Below, in pieces: positions 16,049-25,199 of a DNA stretch of 34,350 bases. The first letter of the stretch is position 1; each line of letters begins with the position of its first letter. The notes below the pieces were generated by a model. That model did no database searches. It worked only from the letters and a program-made list of their open reading frames with translations, and was not told the DNA's origin. Both the position numbers and the translations under genes were made by a program. The stretch spans positions 1 through 34,350 of IMG/VR virus record IMGVR_UViG_3300042399_001002. One strand, 5' to 3'. The DNA is from a virus (Duplodnaviria; Caudoviricetes).

Positions 16049-16717
16049 TTAGAGTTTAATAATAGCTAACTCACCACCAGTGAAAACCGATCCTGTGTCA
16101 ATAAATTTAACATTCCCAACATCTTTAACTTTCTCAACATAAGTGTGACCAATAAAAACCTGATCAATCTGAGCAACATTGATTTTATCCATTCTAACCA
16201 TCTCACGTGCCCATAGCACCCAATCTCTAGTACGATACTCACCAATTAGATCGTTTGTTTCCAGACAAGCCTTCACATGCTCCCAGTCCTCATAAGGTAG
16301 ATCAGCATGAACAAATCCATACTTCTTACCTCGATATGTCAATTCTATCATGTACGGTAGTTCTTTGAACACCTCAACAATAGCACGTTTAGTTTCATCG
16401 ATTTGCTGATAGAACCATTCCCCACCATTGTTTGTCATCTTGTGGTAGAACTCAACACGATAGTCAGAGAATCCCTTAATACAGAATTCCTCATGATTCC
16501 CTAATACTGTTTCAAACCAAGGTTCATCTGGTAGGAATGCACATTCGAGGCTGTTTTTACCTCTATCAACAAGATCTCCCACCCCAATCAATAAGTCCTG
16601 TCTTGGATCAAACTCCAATCGATTCAATTGACTGATCAACTTGTGATATTCACCATGAATATCCCCTACGGTATAAATATTACGATATTTATCACCATCG
16701 ATGTATTTTACTAACAT
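16049..16717 (-). CDS. Ser/Thr protein phosphatase (lambda NinI/PrpA-like metallophosphoesterase)
   Basis: GDIHG, GDLVDRG, LGNHE, VHA, GHT, IDTG motifs. Confidence 0.92.
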   Translation of the reverse strand: MLVKYIDGDKYRNIYTVGDIHGEYHKLISQLNRLEFDPRQDLLIGVGDLVDRGKNSLECAFLPDEPWFETVLGNHEEFCIKGFSDYRVEFYHKMTNNGGEWFYQQIDETKRAIVEVFKELPYMIELTYRGKKYGFVHADLPYEDWEHVKACLETNDLIGEYRTRDWVLWAREMVRMDKINVAQIDQVFIGHTYVEKVKDVGNVKFIDTGSVFTGGELAIIKL

Positions 16718-16726
16718 AAACCCTCC

Positions 16727-16909
16727 TTAACCTTCTAGAACTTCTAGGAAGTTTTTCAATATTATAACCACTTCATCTTTAGTGTAATCTTGAGTGTAAG
16801 ATTTCTCACCGTTGTATCCCTCAATCTCAAAGAAAAATAAATTCTCCTTTGTATCAAGTATTAATGACAAATCTTCCTCTTGGATTAATTTACAAAACAT
16901 CAAATTCAC
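16727..16909 (-). CDS. hypothetical protein (60 aa)
   Basis: GTGA overlap. Confidence 0.6.
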   Translation of the reverse strand: MNLMFCKLIQEEDLSLILDTKENLFFFEIEGYNGEKSYTQDYTKDEVVIILKNFLEVLEG

Positions 16910-17736
16910 CTATTTTTACTTCGTATTTCATTTCGAATCTCCATAATGATCTTACCTAAATGGTTTTCACCTTCACGTGTTTTGATATCCACACCCCAGA
17001 ATAAATCATTCCACCAATTACCTTCCTCAAGATGAGCATTATATGTATTGAGCAGCAATGCTTTATATTTTGGATCTTGATATTTCCAGTAATTCGCCCA
17101 TCTCATAATTTGAATCTTATTTTCTTCAAATTTAGGATTTGTCATTTGATTCACCTTGCTGAAATTCTTGGCTCGATATGGTGTCAGCTTAGAAATATAC
17201 TCACGAACTGTGGTGATTTTATAATTATCACCATACCAAATGTCATGCTCACCATACTTCATAGCCTGATAAAAATTCTCAGTTGAGGGATATATGATAC
17301 CTTTATGATCAATCTTAACCAAAGCCATATTACTCAACCATCGATGCTCTGGTGTGGTGAAAGTTAGAATGTCTCGACCATACCCTATCAACTCAGTAAT
17401 CAAACCATTCTGTTCAGCTATATCTAACATGTGTTTAGTACCTTTAGATTTACCATCCCAGAATGCAATCAAACCATCTGCTTGTTCAGCCATTTCAACA
17501 TTACGACGATAACCAGCAGCTTTACCCCATCGATCCCAATCAGCAGCTTTTTCAATCAATTGAAGATTGTGCTTCTCAGCAATCAATCGACCACACGTAT
17601 CAGCTCCACGTGCCTTGCCAGATATGATCGTGAATTGATCTAACGGTAGTCCACGATTCAGCACATACTGGAAAAATGCACTTTCAGCTAAGTGCACATC
17701 CTCAAAATCCCGACCACCTGCAATGATTACTTTCAC
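16906..17736 (-). CDS. SLOG (YspA/DUF2493-like) plus NADAR (YbiA-like) fusion protein
   Basis: N-terminal IIAGGRDF, SGKARGAD, AGYRRN, AFWDGKSKGT; C-terminal LSN, STENFYQAMK, LEEGNWWNDLFWG, GENHLGKIIMEIR. Confidence 0.85.
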   Translation of the reverse strand: MKVIIAGGRDFEDVHLAESAFFQYVLNRGLPLDQFTIISGKARGADTCGRLIAEKHNLQLIEKAADWDRWGKAAGYRRNVEMAEQADGLIAFWDGKSKGTKHMLDIAEQNGLITELIGYGRDILTFTTPEHRWLSNMALVKIDHKGIIYPSTENFYQAMKYGEHDIWYGDNYKITTVREYISKLTPYRAKNFSKVNQMTNPKFEENKIQIMRWANYWKYQDPKYKALLLNTYNAHLEEGNWWNDLFWGVDIKTREGENHLGKIIMEIRNEIRSKNR

Positions 17737-17915
17737 TTGTAAGTTACCTCATTCTCATCTTCACAAAAGCATAATCCATCCTGTAGACAAGCAGAACAGC
17801 GTTTCTTACAAGAATTATCTTTACGTGCGGATGCCTCCAATATAAAACACAAACCCATGACAATGAATAAGAATAGTAAACCAGCTAAAATATATGTGAC
17901 TACTTCAACAAACAT
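17733..17915 (-). CDS. small membrane protein, Cys-rich tail (60 aa)
   Basis: N-terminal transmembrane-like helix; GAGGA SD. Confidence 0.6.
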   Translation of the reverse strand: MFVEVVTYILAGLLFLFIVMGLCFILEASARKDNSCKKRCSACLQDGLCFCEDENEVTYK

Positions 17916-18094
17916 TAAATATCCTCTTCCAACACCAGAACCACAGACTGACCCTCAAGTCGATCATAACCATCAAGAACATCATTCAGAGCATCTTCGT
18001 CACCAATTGCTTCAAGATTCATCACTGTGTCCCAATCTGATAGTGGAACTAAATATCGGTTATCACCATCATTGTATTCCTTGTAAAACTTCAT
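17915..18094 (-). CDS. hypothetical acidic protein (59 aa)
   Basis: ATGA and TAATG coupling; MKFYKEYNDGDNRYL... (hand translation). Confidence 0.6.
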   Translation of the reverse strand: MKFYKEYNDGDNRYLVPLSDWDTVMNLEAIGDEDALNDVLDGYDRLEGQSVVLVLEEDI

Positions 18095-18495
18095 CCTTCA
18101 CCTCCTGTAAATGTTAAATATGAATAAAATGCACCATATCTCTTTTGACGATCATTTTCAGATGTCTTCCGAGTTCCCTTATTCCAACGCTCAATCTTTA
18201 GGAACCCAACACTCATTAAATGTTGTAGATCGCTATCCTTCGTATTCCAACACCAGCGTCGATTAACAGGCAGTTTGACATAACCACCATTTGGTGCTAG
18301 TTGCATAAACCACAAACGCATAAGTTTTCTACGTTCACTTGTACAGATTACACCTTCCAACAACTTTGTTAATCCGGCTCCATATGGCTCATGTTCATGA
18401 GGGACTGTTTGATGTCTCATTACATCACGAAGGACTTTCTTTCGATGTAGATCCTTCACATCTTCTCTAAATGTCATACTCACCCGTGACCTCAA
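18091..18495 (-). CDS. hypothetical basic protein
   Basis: ORF in a coupled operon. Confidence 0.7.
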   Translation of the reverse strand: MRSRVSMTFREDVKDLHRKKVLRDVMRHQTVPHEHEPYGAGLTKLLEGVICTSERRKLMRLWFMQLAPNGGYVKLPVNRRWCWNTKDSDLQHLMSVGFLKIERWNKGTRKTSENDRQKRYGAFYSYLTFTGGEG

Positions 18496-18884
18496 TTCAA
18501 AACATAAAAAACATCTCTTTTATAGACATATGAAAGTCTACTCAAGTTACCAAAATCACAACGCTTCCGTGTACTAAAGTAGGCAATTCCATCTAAATCA
18601 ATCTCAGCATCATAGATGTAAACTTTGAGAACCTGTACACCACACATGCCACTGTGAGTAGAATCAGGATCATATACTACAACATAAATACAACTATCAC
18701 CATTTTCAGCATAACCAGCTTGCTGAAACACTGTATATCCATTATCAGAAAGATGTTTTAAAACATCCTTAACGCTACCTTCATGATTGCACAGAATTAC
18801 ATCTCGTAAATAAGGAACATGTTTTCCATCATCCTGAATATTAGCAAGCTCACGTGTTAACTTTAAATCATCAATCAATCTCAT
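18492..18884 (-). CDS. hypothetical protein (130 aa)
   Basis: ORF in a coupled operon. Confidence 0.7.
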   Translation of the reverse strand: MRLIDDLKLTRELANIQDDGKHVPYLRDVILCNHEGSVKDVLKHLSDNGYTVFQQAGYAENGDSCIYVVVYDPDSTHSGMCGVQVLKVYIYDAEIDLDGIAYFSTRKRCDFGNLSRLSYVYKRDVFYVLN

Positions 18885-18890
18885 TTAAAC

Positions 18891-19166
18891 CTATCCTTTA
18901 CTATTAAAGAATCGACGTACAGCATATTGTCGAATGAAACTAATCACAGTGAGCCACAGGGTGATAATCAAATTATCCTCAACTCCCAATGGAATACTAT
19001 AGATCATACAAATCACTTGAGTGAAAATGGTTGACAATACAATACCGAGTATCACATTTGAACCACTCTCAACCAGTGAAGACAACTTAGATTGTTTCAA
19101 AGTATCTAACTCCAAATCATTACAATATTTGACAATATTACAGCACAAATTAATGTGCTGCAACAA
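18891..19166 (-). CDS. two-helix membrane protein (conserved phage family; true start likely downstream)
   Basis: QSKLSSLVES..NV..G...S.IRQYAVRRFFN pattern. Confidence 0.7.
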   Translation of the reverse strand: MLQHINLCCNIVKYCNDLELDTLKQSKLSSLVESGSNVILGIVLSTIFTQVICMIYSIPLGVEDNLIITLWLTVISFIRQYAVRRFFNSKG

Positions 19167-19178
19167 TTATGTGAATTA

Positions 19179-20045
19179 TTATAAATCCAACAAACTTCTA
19201 AATCCTTTAAATGCTGGAAACCTTGGTAGATCCTTCATTCCAACATCCATATATCGAATCTTAGCCAAAGTTCCTAAATAACGATCTTTATTATCCCAAA
19301 TCTCCTGACGTAATTCATCTGTAAACCCAGTACCACAACGAAAAGTTTTATCCTCCCACTTTAGAATTAAACTACCGAGTGTATTCTTCGGAACCATATT
19401 CTCCTTGTGACTACTTCTACTAGTTCTACCCAACTCATTTACTGTGGCTTCATTAGTGTTTTCATACTGCTCCTCAAACCCAATCACCTCAAACTCAGCA
19501 TCAACAAAGAACTTGAATTTCAACAACGATCCAGATTTCAATGTGCTGCGACCAAACTTATAAGGTGCTGTCGGATATCTGCCAATTAAACCCTCACCGC
19601 CTTTTAAACGCTCGGATTCCAACCACTCACGAAGATCCTCCAAATTATCAATTAAAACGGAACGAGCATCAATTAAGTTTGGATCACTCTCGAACAAATC
19701 AGACAACCCATTCACTCGACCTGCATAATCCAACTCAGGGTTCGAGAAAGAATCAAACACGTGAAATTTAACATCTTCTTCACCATCATCTGACATGACA
19801 GCAGATGTTGTTTTTCGGAACACATCTGGTGCATAAATATCACCAAGGATCAATTCACCATCTAGTCCATTGTATTCAGGTTTACCAAATAACTTTTGCA
19901 CATGAGCGTTAGGAATTGGTTTCAGACTACGTGATAACACAACACCATTCACCACCAGTGCTCGAATACCGTCATATTTAACACCAACCCATATAGGGTA
20001 GGTTACATCTTCAATTGCTGCTGCGATTGCCAACATAGGCTTCAT
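19179..20045 (-). CDS. ATP-dependent DNA ligase
   Basis: KYDGIR motif I, LDGEL, FHVFD, EGLI, LLKFK, PRFP. Confidence 0.93.
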   Translation of the reverse strand: MKPMLAIAAAIEDVTYPIWVGVKYDGIRALVVNGVVLSRSLKPIPNAHVQKLFGKPEYNGLDGELILGDIYAPDVFRKTTSAVMSDDGEEDVKFHVFDSFSNPELDYAGRVNGLSDLFESDPNLIDARSVLIDNLEDLREWLESERLKGGEGLIGRYPTAPYKFGRSTLKSGSLLKFKFFVDAEFEVIGFEEQYENTNEATVNELGRTSRSSHKENMVPKNTLGSLILKWEDKTFRCGTGFTDELRQEIWDNKDRYLGTLAKIRYMDVGMKDLPRFPAFKGFRSLLDL

Positions 20046-20073
20046 TAATTTATCCTCCTTTTATATGTAAAAA

Positions 20074-20499
20074 TTACGGTAAGAAATCCCATCTTCCTTC
20101 ACCAGATTCTAAATACTCATCATATTTCTCTTTGAGATCATAATAATCAACATATGAACCAAGATAGTGGTACGAGAAAGCAAGAAGCTCACGAACCTCT
20201 TCACAAGTACCAATCTTTTCACCATCCACATATAACACATCTTGATCAATCATGTAATCAAAGTATATCTGCGCCTCTTTCAAATCTGGAAATAGTCTTT
20301 TAATATGAGACTCCGAAGATACATCCCATTTATCTAATTCAACGTCTAACACAGCAGAATCAGTTAACAATCTAAGCTCCTCTTTATGCTGCATCCTCTC
20401 CATCTTATGTGAGGTCTGACGATCCACACACCACCCACCTTTCCGTTTACCCCAATATTCCCAACCTATTGGTTTCCCACCACGTACACTTCTGGACAC
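20074..20499 (-). CDS. hypothetical protein (141 aa)
   Basis: GGAGG SD; MSRS.RGGK..GWEYW.KR phage-type N-terminus. Confidence 0.7.
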   Translation of the reverse strand: MSRSVRGGKPIGWEYWGKRKGGWCVDRQTSHKMERMQHKEELRLLTDSAVLDVELDKWDVSSESHIKRLFPDLKEAQIYFDYMIDQDVLYVDGEKIGTCEEVRELLAFSYHYLGSYVDYYDLKEKYDEYLESGEGRWDFLP

Positions 20500-20500
20500 T

Positions 20501-20785
20501 TTAAACCTCCTGATTATATCTGTAGTTGCAAGAATTACATTTCATCTCCCAGCAACCACGCCTTACAAGCTTACGCTTCCCATCAATTTTCCTATATTCA
20601 CCCTTAGTCCAATATCCAGCACTCACTAAACCACGTTCACACTTCGGACATTTAGAATCCATAGGTCTAAATTTACTCAACCGACCAACCTCCTTAAAAA
20701 CGCCAAATGATATCTCAATACAGCATGTGCCACCAAAGTAGTTGTCATATAATCTGGTAAATTCAATGTCCGTAGTTACAACCAA
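20501..20785 (-). CDS. Zn-ribbon protein (start uncertain)
   Basis: CPKC...CNSC. Confidence 0.55.
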   Translation of the reverse strand: MVVTTDIEFTRLYDNYFGGTCCIEISFGVFKEVGRLSKFRPMDSKCPKCERGLVSAGYWTKGEYRKIDGKRKLVRRGCWEMKCNSCNYRYNQEV

Positions 20786-21062
20786 TCCAGAAATAATTAC
20801 CTGTCACTGGATTGTATACAAACTCATCATATTCACCACAACAACCACGATTCTTTATTGTTGTATATTCCTCAGATTTAAACTTATTTACATCACTCAC
20901 ACAAACCCGATAATTATCAGAACAATCTAAATCTTGAAACACACCAGATAATTTATTAGAAAGAAGCTTTTGATCATGAATGTTCATAACACCACTGCGC
21001 TCCAAAAACGACTTATACAAACCTAAATTGTGACTCATTTCACTCTCCTTCAAATTCATCAT
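20763..21062 (-). CDS. hypothetical protein (start probably ~21038)
   Basis: GCCG...GCNYGH motif; GGAG SD before the internal ATG. Confidence 0.65.
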   Translation of the reverse strand: MMNLKESEMSHNLGLYKSFLERSGVMNIHDQKLLSNKLSGVFQDLDCSDNYRVCVSDVNKFKSEEYTTIKNRGCCGEYDEFVYNPVTGNYFWIGCNYGH

Positions 21063-22317
21063 TTAACCATCGCATTAAGAGGTTATACATACGCTTATTC
21101 CCCATTACAACCACCATTGGTTCACCTTTGCGAATACACCCCCTCCAGAGCCACTGTACAAGCTCTGAGAGAGCGAATACGTTGTTGTCTATAGGGTAGC
21201 CGTAGTCTTGCAAATAAGAGGCTACATCGACCAATGGGAAGCGATTATAGCAATGTATTAAAACACGCTTGTGTGCATAATCATTTGTTGCTCTAGTGTG
21301 AACACTTAACCAGTTGGATTGTTTGATTCCTTCCCTGTTAACACTGTTCACATATCCCTTCGGATCAATCAGGAAACCTTTCGATTTACTGACACCTTTA
21401 GCACGTTCTTTTGGACAAGTCCACAATACTTCCGAACTATCGTTTGCATATCGACGTGCATTTCGCAACATGAAGTTATTCACATTCTTGATGCTTTCAG
21501 CAGTGAGTTCTTTGTGCCACCAGCGAGAAGTCATTGCATACTCTTCCAGTTTTCGGTCTGGTGGAATGATTGTCAGAAGATGCTTAAATGAACTTGGTTT
21601 CATCTGCTCCAGTGTCACATCTTCAAACTTAACCACCTCAAATCCCTTCAATGTTAAGAATCTATCCAATACACTACCATTGAACAAATATGTGATTACC
21701 ACAACACGCTTGGCACACTCTAGCAGCCTGATTGGAACCTGAGTGACCATCATTACCTTCTTAGCCTTCTCACTGTTTAAATCGAATCTAGTGAGATATA
21801 GAGACTTCTTATCACACAGGTTTTTACAATAGAAATATCGATGATCATTGCTGTTCACCAAGTCATCTTCTCGTAACCATGTGACACTTCCATCTGTTTC
21901 ATCAACACTAATATAACCTTGTTGAATCAACCACTTAATGTCTGCAAATGAATACTGGTCATAACTCTGAATGACATTGATTTCCTCATCCAGAATAACA
22001 GTGTATCCACGATCTTTAATTAGATCCATGCTGAATGTATCCATGCTCAGATAGAGCTTATGAGTACAGGCGATGTTCTTACCTTGCACCAATAAATCAT
22101 TCAAATGCTCAATCTTGGTTCCGTGTTCATCAATTGAAGGGGAGATAAATTCAACATTCTGTACCCCGTTGTGAATACGACCATCAACATCAACTTCTGA
22201 TAAATTAGGTGAAACATAAAAATATTTCTCATTTGGGTTTTGATCAATCCAACGTAGTGTCTCAGTTGTCTTCCCAGCACCCATAATACATTCTAAAACT
22301 TCAATTTTCTTAGTCAA
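21040..22317 (-). CDS. SF2-like helicase / putative origin-binding protein (425 aa)
   Basis: Walker A MGAGKT, TH motif, Walker B ILDEE, C-terminal QWLWRGCIR; adjacent to origin-like region B. Confidence 0.7.
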   Translation of the reverse strand: MTKKIEVLECIMGAGKTTETLRWIDQNPNEKYFYVSPNLSEVDVDGRIHNGVQNVEFISPSIDEHGTKIEHLNDLLVQGKNIACTHKLYLSMDTFSMDLIKDRGYTVILDEEINVIQSYDQYSFADIKWLIQQGYISVDETDGSVTWLREDDLVNSNDHRYFYCKNLCDKKSLYLTRFDLNSEKAKKVMMVTQVPIRLLECAKRVVVITYLFNGSVLDRFLTLKGFEVVKFEDVTLEQMKPSSFKHLLTIIPPDRKLEEYAMTSRWWHKELTAESIKNVNNFMLRNARRYANDSSEVLWTCPKERAKGVSKSKGFLIDPKGYVNSVNREGIKQSNWLSVHTRATNDYAHKRVLIHCYNRFPLVDVASYLQDYGYPIDNNVFALSELVQWLWRGCIRKGEPMVVVMGNKRMYNLLMRWLNDEFEGE

Positions 22318-22648
22318 AACTAGTACCTACAATCACATCATAAGCTTTCAACTTCTCAAGAATATAGTCACCATGACAAGCATGAGGCTTGCACCAGCAC
22401 ACCAAGAATAGTGAACCATCTTTTTTCCAACCTTGATACAACTTCTCAAACTCATTGTTGAAATTTACATCATTCAACATTTTATCATCGAACCAAACTT
22501 TATATTTTTCAATGGATTCTTCTCGCGTAGCCACCTTAAATTGAGCAATAGTTCCATCTAGATGACTAAATGGATTACCAAAAACAGATGGTCTACCAAT
22601 ATAAATTCCAGCACCTCTATGCCAGTGTTTATTTACAACTTTAATCAC
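22310..22648 (-). CDS. DUF4326-family protein
   Basis: YIGRPSVFGNPF and CWCKPHACHGD motifs. Confidence 0.85.
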   Translation of the reverse strand: MIKVVNKHWHRGAGIYIGRPSVFGNPFSHLDGTIAQFKVATREESIEKYKVWFDDKMLNDVNFNNEFEKLYQGWKKDGSLFLVCWCKPHACHGDYILEKLKAYDVIVGTSFD

Positions 22649-22697
22649 TTTCCAAACCTCCTAAATTAAGTAACTTTTAAAGTTGCACAAGTATAAC

Positions 22698-23087
22698 TTA
22701 TAAAAAATTACTTTACAAATATTTTTTAATCTATTGATTTAATTAAGGAAAAAATGACATTCCTTACAAAGTATCTACCCACTATTTTCAATAGAATTAG
22801 CACATCAAAATAGAACATAATTATAATGATTATTACTATAATCAATTATCATAATAGAATGTCCTATCTTAATAAGAATGTCCTTCTTTGATTAGAACGT
22901 TCTAATTTAATAATTATGATAATAGTAATTATAATAATAGTAACATTCTATCTAAATAAGATGTTCTCTTTTGAGTGCTGAAATTTAATTTTATAAAAAA
23001 TTACTTTACAAAAGTTTTGTAAGTCACTGTATCTATTGAGGAAAAAATACGATTCCTTACAAAAGAACTACCCACTATTTCTATAGA
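22698..23087. repeat. origin-like region B: two direct copies of the ~95-bp element around AGAATGT/ACATTCT iterons in an AT-rich core
   Basis: Copies at 22698-22796 and 22990-23087; AGAATGTCCTAT shared with 1704-1715; lies at the strand switch. Confidence 0.65.
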
Positions 23088-23137
23088 AAATTTAACTGTT
23101 AGTCCAAGTAGTTTACATAAATACAACAATGATTATA

Positions 23138-23165
23138 TTGACAAATACAGTTCTCATGGTGTAAT
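23138..23165 (+). promoter_or_regulatory. sigma70-like promoter
   Basis: TTGACAAAT...TGG-TGTAAT, 16-bp spacer. Confidence 0.6.
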
Positions 23166-23197
23166 GAGATTTATCTAAACAAGTAAAGGTGGATTGA

Positions 23198-23401
23198 ATG
23201 AGATGTAAAGCATGTGATGTAATGTTGGGAAAAACCAGTGATGGAACTTACTGTAGAAAATGCATAGTTGCAAGTGAAGATGTGGATATGTATAATGACT
23301 CAACATTTAGAGAAAACTACACAAAGCATAATCATGAATTAAGAGTACAAATGTTCCTAAGTGAATATGAGAAGAAAGAGTTGATTGAGATGAAAGATTA
23401 A
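23198..23401 (+). CDS. small Zn-finger-like protein (67 aa)
   Basis: MRCKACD...YCRKC. Confidence 0.7.
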   Translation: MRCKACDVMLGKTSDGTYCRKCIVASEDVDMYNDSTFRENYTKHNHELRVQMFLSEYEKKELIEMKD

Positions 23402-23431
23402 TCTCAGTTACAAACTGTTACAATTTAATGA

Positions 23432-23459
23432 TTGACAAATAGAGAATGTGTGGTATTCT
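23432..23459 (+). promoter_or_regulatory. promoter of the tRNA cluster
   Basis: TTGACAAAT...TGG-TATTCT, 16-bp spacer. Confidence 0.7.
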
Positions 23460-23569
23460 TTGTTACATAAGAAATACAAACTGTTTTATTACAGTAGACT
23501 TAATTAGATAAGTCTTTTTCTCCACCTGTTACTGATAATACCTCCTAACATTGGTAACAGGAATTTAAT

Positions 23570-23644
23570 GGTGACTTTAGTGTAATGGTTAGCACCTCTC
23601 CCTGTGAAGGAGCAAGTCAGGGTTCGAGTCCCGAAGTCACACCA
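23570..23644 (+). tRNA. tRNA-His (GTG)
   Basis: Cloverleaf, encoded G-1, TTCGAGT T-loop, CCA. Confidence 0.9.
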
Positions 23645-23649
23645 AATAC

Positions 23650-23726
23650 GGATCGTTAGCTCAATTGGTTAGAGCAAGACACTTTTAATGTCGAGGTTCG
23701 GGGTTCAAGTCCCTGACGATCCACCA
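23650..23726 (+). tRNA. tRNA-Lys (TTT)
   Basis: Cloverleaf, loop CTTTTAA, CCA. Confidence 0.93.
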
Positions 23727-23782
23727 AATTCTGTAGACCTTGCATTATTTAGGTCAAGAATAAACCCTCAATATAGAGGTTT

Positions 23783-23858
23783 GGGAAAGTAACTCAGTTG
23801 GTAGAGTGGTTACTTGAAGCGTAACAGGTCAGAGGTTCAAATCCTCTCTTTCCCACCA
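23783..23858 (+). tRNA. tRNA-Phe (GAA)
   Basis: Cloverleaf, loop TTGAAGC, CCA. Confidence 0.9.
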
Positions 23859-23860
23859 AT

Positions 23861-23934
23861 TGAAGATTAGTTAAAAAGTATAACAGTGAACTGATAATTC
23901 ACAGTCGATGGAGCGTTACCATCATCTTCAACCA
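23861..23934 (+). tRNA. tRNA-Ile (GAT), non-canonical D and T loops
   Basis: TGAAGAT/ATCTTCA acceptor, GTGAA-CTGATAA-TTCAC, T-loop AGCGTTA, CCA. Confidence 0.8.
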
Positions 23935-23936
23935 AC

Positions 23937-24012
23937 AGTTCCTTAGCTCAATTGGCAGAGCACCTCCCTTACATGGAGTAGGTTATTGGTTCGACTCCAA
24001 TAGGAACTACCA
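23937..24012 (+). tRNA. tRNA-Val (TAC)
   Basis: Cloverleaf, loop CTTACAT, CCA. Confidence 0.92.
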
Positions 24013-24064
24013 TATTCAATTAGATCACAAAATGAACACTTAGAAAAATATTTGAAAATAATAG

Positions 24065-24092
24065 TTGACAAATAGAAATTCCGTGTTATCTT
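24065..24092 (+). promoter_or_regulatory. internal promoter of the tRNA cluster
   Basis: TTGACAAAT...TGT-TATCTT, 16-bp spacer. Confidence 0.7.
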
Positions 24093-24113
24093 AATGATCT
24101 AGAAACAAACAAT

Positions 24114-24188
24114 GCTCTATTCGTCTAATGGCTAGGATTTCTCCCTTTCAAGGAGAAGAAGAGGGATCGAAACCCTCATAGAGTACCA
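24114..24188 (+). tRNA. tRNA-Glu (TTC)
   Basis: Cloverleaf, loop CTTTCAA, T-loop ATCGAAA, CCA. Confidence 0.9.
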
Positions 24189-24197
24189 AATTATAAT

Positions 24198-24273
24198 AGC
24201 GAGAAGTGATATTGGGTTCACAGCAAGGCTCATAACCTTGAAGATGTCGGTTCGATTCCGATTCTCGCTACCA
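24198..24273 (+). tRNA. tRNA-Met (CAT), subtype uncertain
   Basis: Cloverleaf, CAAGG-CTCATAA-CCTTG, CCA. Confidence 0.85.
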
Positions 24274-24286
24274 AGATTATTTTTGA

Positions 24287-24362
24287 TTACCATAATCTAA
24301 AGGCTCGAAGAGACGGTCTGCAACATCGTTCTTACTGGGTTGAAGTCCCAGATGGTAATCCA
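24287..24362 (+). tRNA. tRNA-Cys (GCA)
   Basis: TTACCAT/ATGGTAA acceptor, U73, loop CTGCAAC, T-loop TTGAAGT, CCA. Confidence 0.8.
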
Positions 24363-24462
24363 AAGTGATTTATTAAATAAGAATACGAGTAAGGGTGAAA
24401 AGAGCCACTGGTTGCAAACATGCTTGATCTGATCCAAAAGTATTCTTAGTTAATAAATTAAT

Positions 24463-24536
24463 GCGTGATTGGTATAATGGTATTATGTCTGGCTTCCACC
24501 CAGAAGACCACAGTTCGATTCTGTGATCCCGCACCA
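24463..24536 (+). tRNA. tRNA-Gly (TCC)
   Basis: Cloverleaf, loop CTTCCAC, CCA. Confidence 0.9.
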
Positions 24537-24553
24537 GTTTTTAAAAAGTTTAT

Positions 24554-24629
24554 TCCCATGTAGCTCAATTGGTTGAGCAGCAGACTGTTAATCTGTTGGT
24601 TGTTGGTTCGAGTCCAGCCTTGGGAGCCA
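24554..24629 (+). tRNA. tRNA-Asn (GTT)
   Basis: Cloverleaf, loop CTGTTAA, GCCA. Confidence 0.92.
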
Positions 24630-24634
24630 TTTAT

Positions 24635-24729
24635 GTAAGTAGGGTAGCTGTTGGGTGGCTACATCGGGCTGTAACCCCGACCCCTGATTAATGATCACAT
24701 CGTTGGTTCGATTCCAACTACTTACACCA
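24635..24729 (+). tRNA. tRNA-Tyr (GTA)
   Basis: Cloverleaf with long variable region, loop CTGTAAC, ACCA. Confidence 0.85.
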
Positions 24730-24850
24730 TTTTCAGCTTCATCTCTGAATGACTGATGGAAAGACATCTATGAGCATGATTGAATGTGTGAAGGATACAA
24801 GGGTTGCTCCTTCCTTGTATGGTGGACGATACCTAACCACCCAAGATTAT

Positions 24851-24939
24851 AGAGAGTAAACTGTACAGGTGTACGGAACACCCTGCTAAGGTGATTGATC
24901 GTGAAAACGGTTTAGTTTCGATTACTATGCTCTCTGCCA
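24851..24939 (+). tRNA. tRNA-Ser (GCT)
   Basis: Long variable arm, loop CTGCTAA, GCCA. Confidence 0.85.
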
Positions 24940-25029
24940 TGTACCCTTTGTGGACTTGAAGATTTCTTCGTGGTATCGCTACCTTAGAAGGCATCGCAGT
25001 TAGGCTTCTGTTTAAAAAGTCACTTATAT

Positions 25030-25122
25030 GGATTGTAGGGCGAAGCGGTTCGCAACTGGTCTTGAAAACCAGCCCATTGGGTTAGTAGCTCGGTGATGGT
25101 TCGACTCCATTACTTTCCTCCA
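25030..25122 (+). tRNA. tRNA-Ser (TGA)
   Basis: Long variable arm, loop CTTGAAA, CCA; two U-U mismatches in the acceptor stem. Confidence 0.8.
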
Positions 25123-25199
25123 AATTTTAGAATTAACCCTTCTTCCCTACTTCGGTAGTTCTAGTCGGGTAATAGGTAGCATATAACCTATAGATAAAC

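Noticed and set aside
19755-19770. Second parS-like site (CACGTGAAA) in the ligase gene
   Set aside because: Only one half matches, and it is explained by the conserved FHVFD codons.
23730-23782. Possible tRNA-Ala (TGC in a hairpin loop)
   Set aside because: Only two simple hairpins; no T-arm, acceptor stem or CCA.
24733-25025. Hammerhead or theta (HDV-like) ribozyme after tRNAs
   Set aside because: CTGATGG is not the CUGANGA core with matching stems, and I could not build the nested double pseudoknot; a covariance search would be needed.
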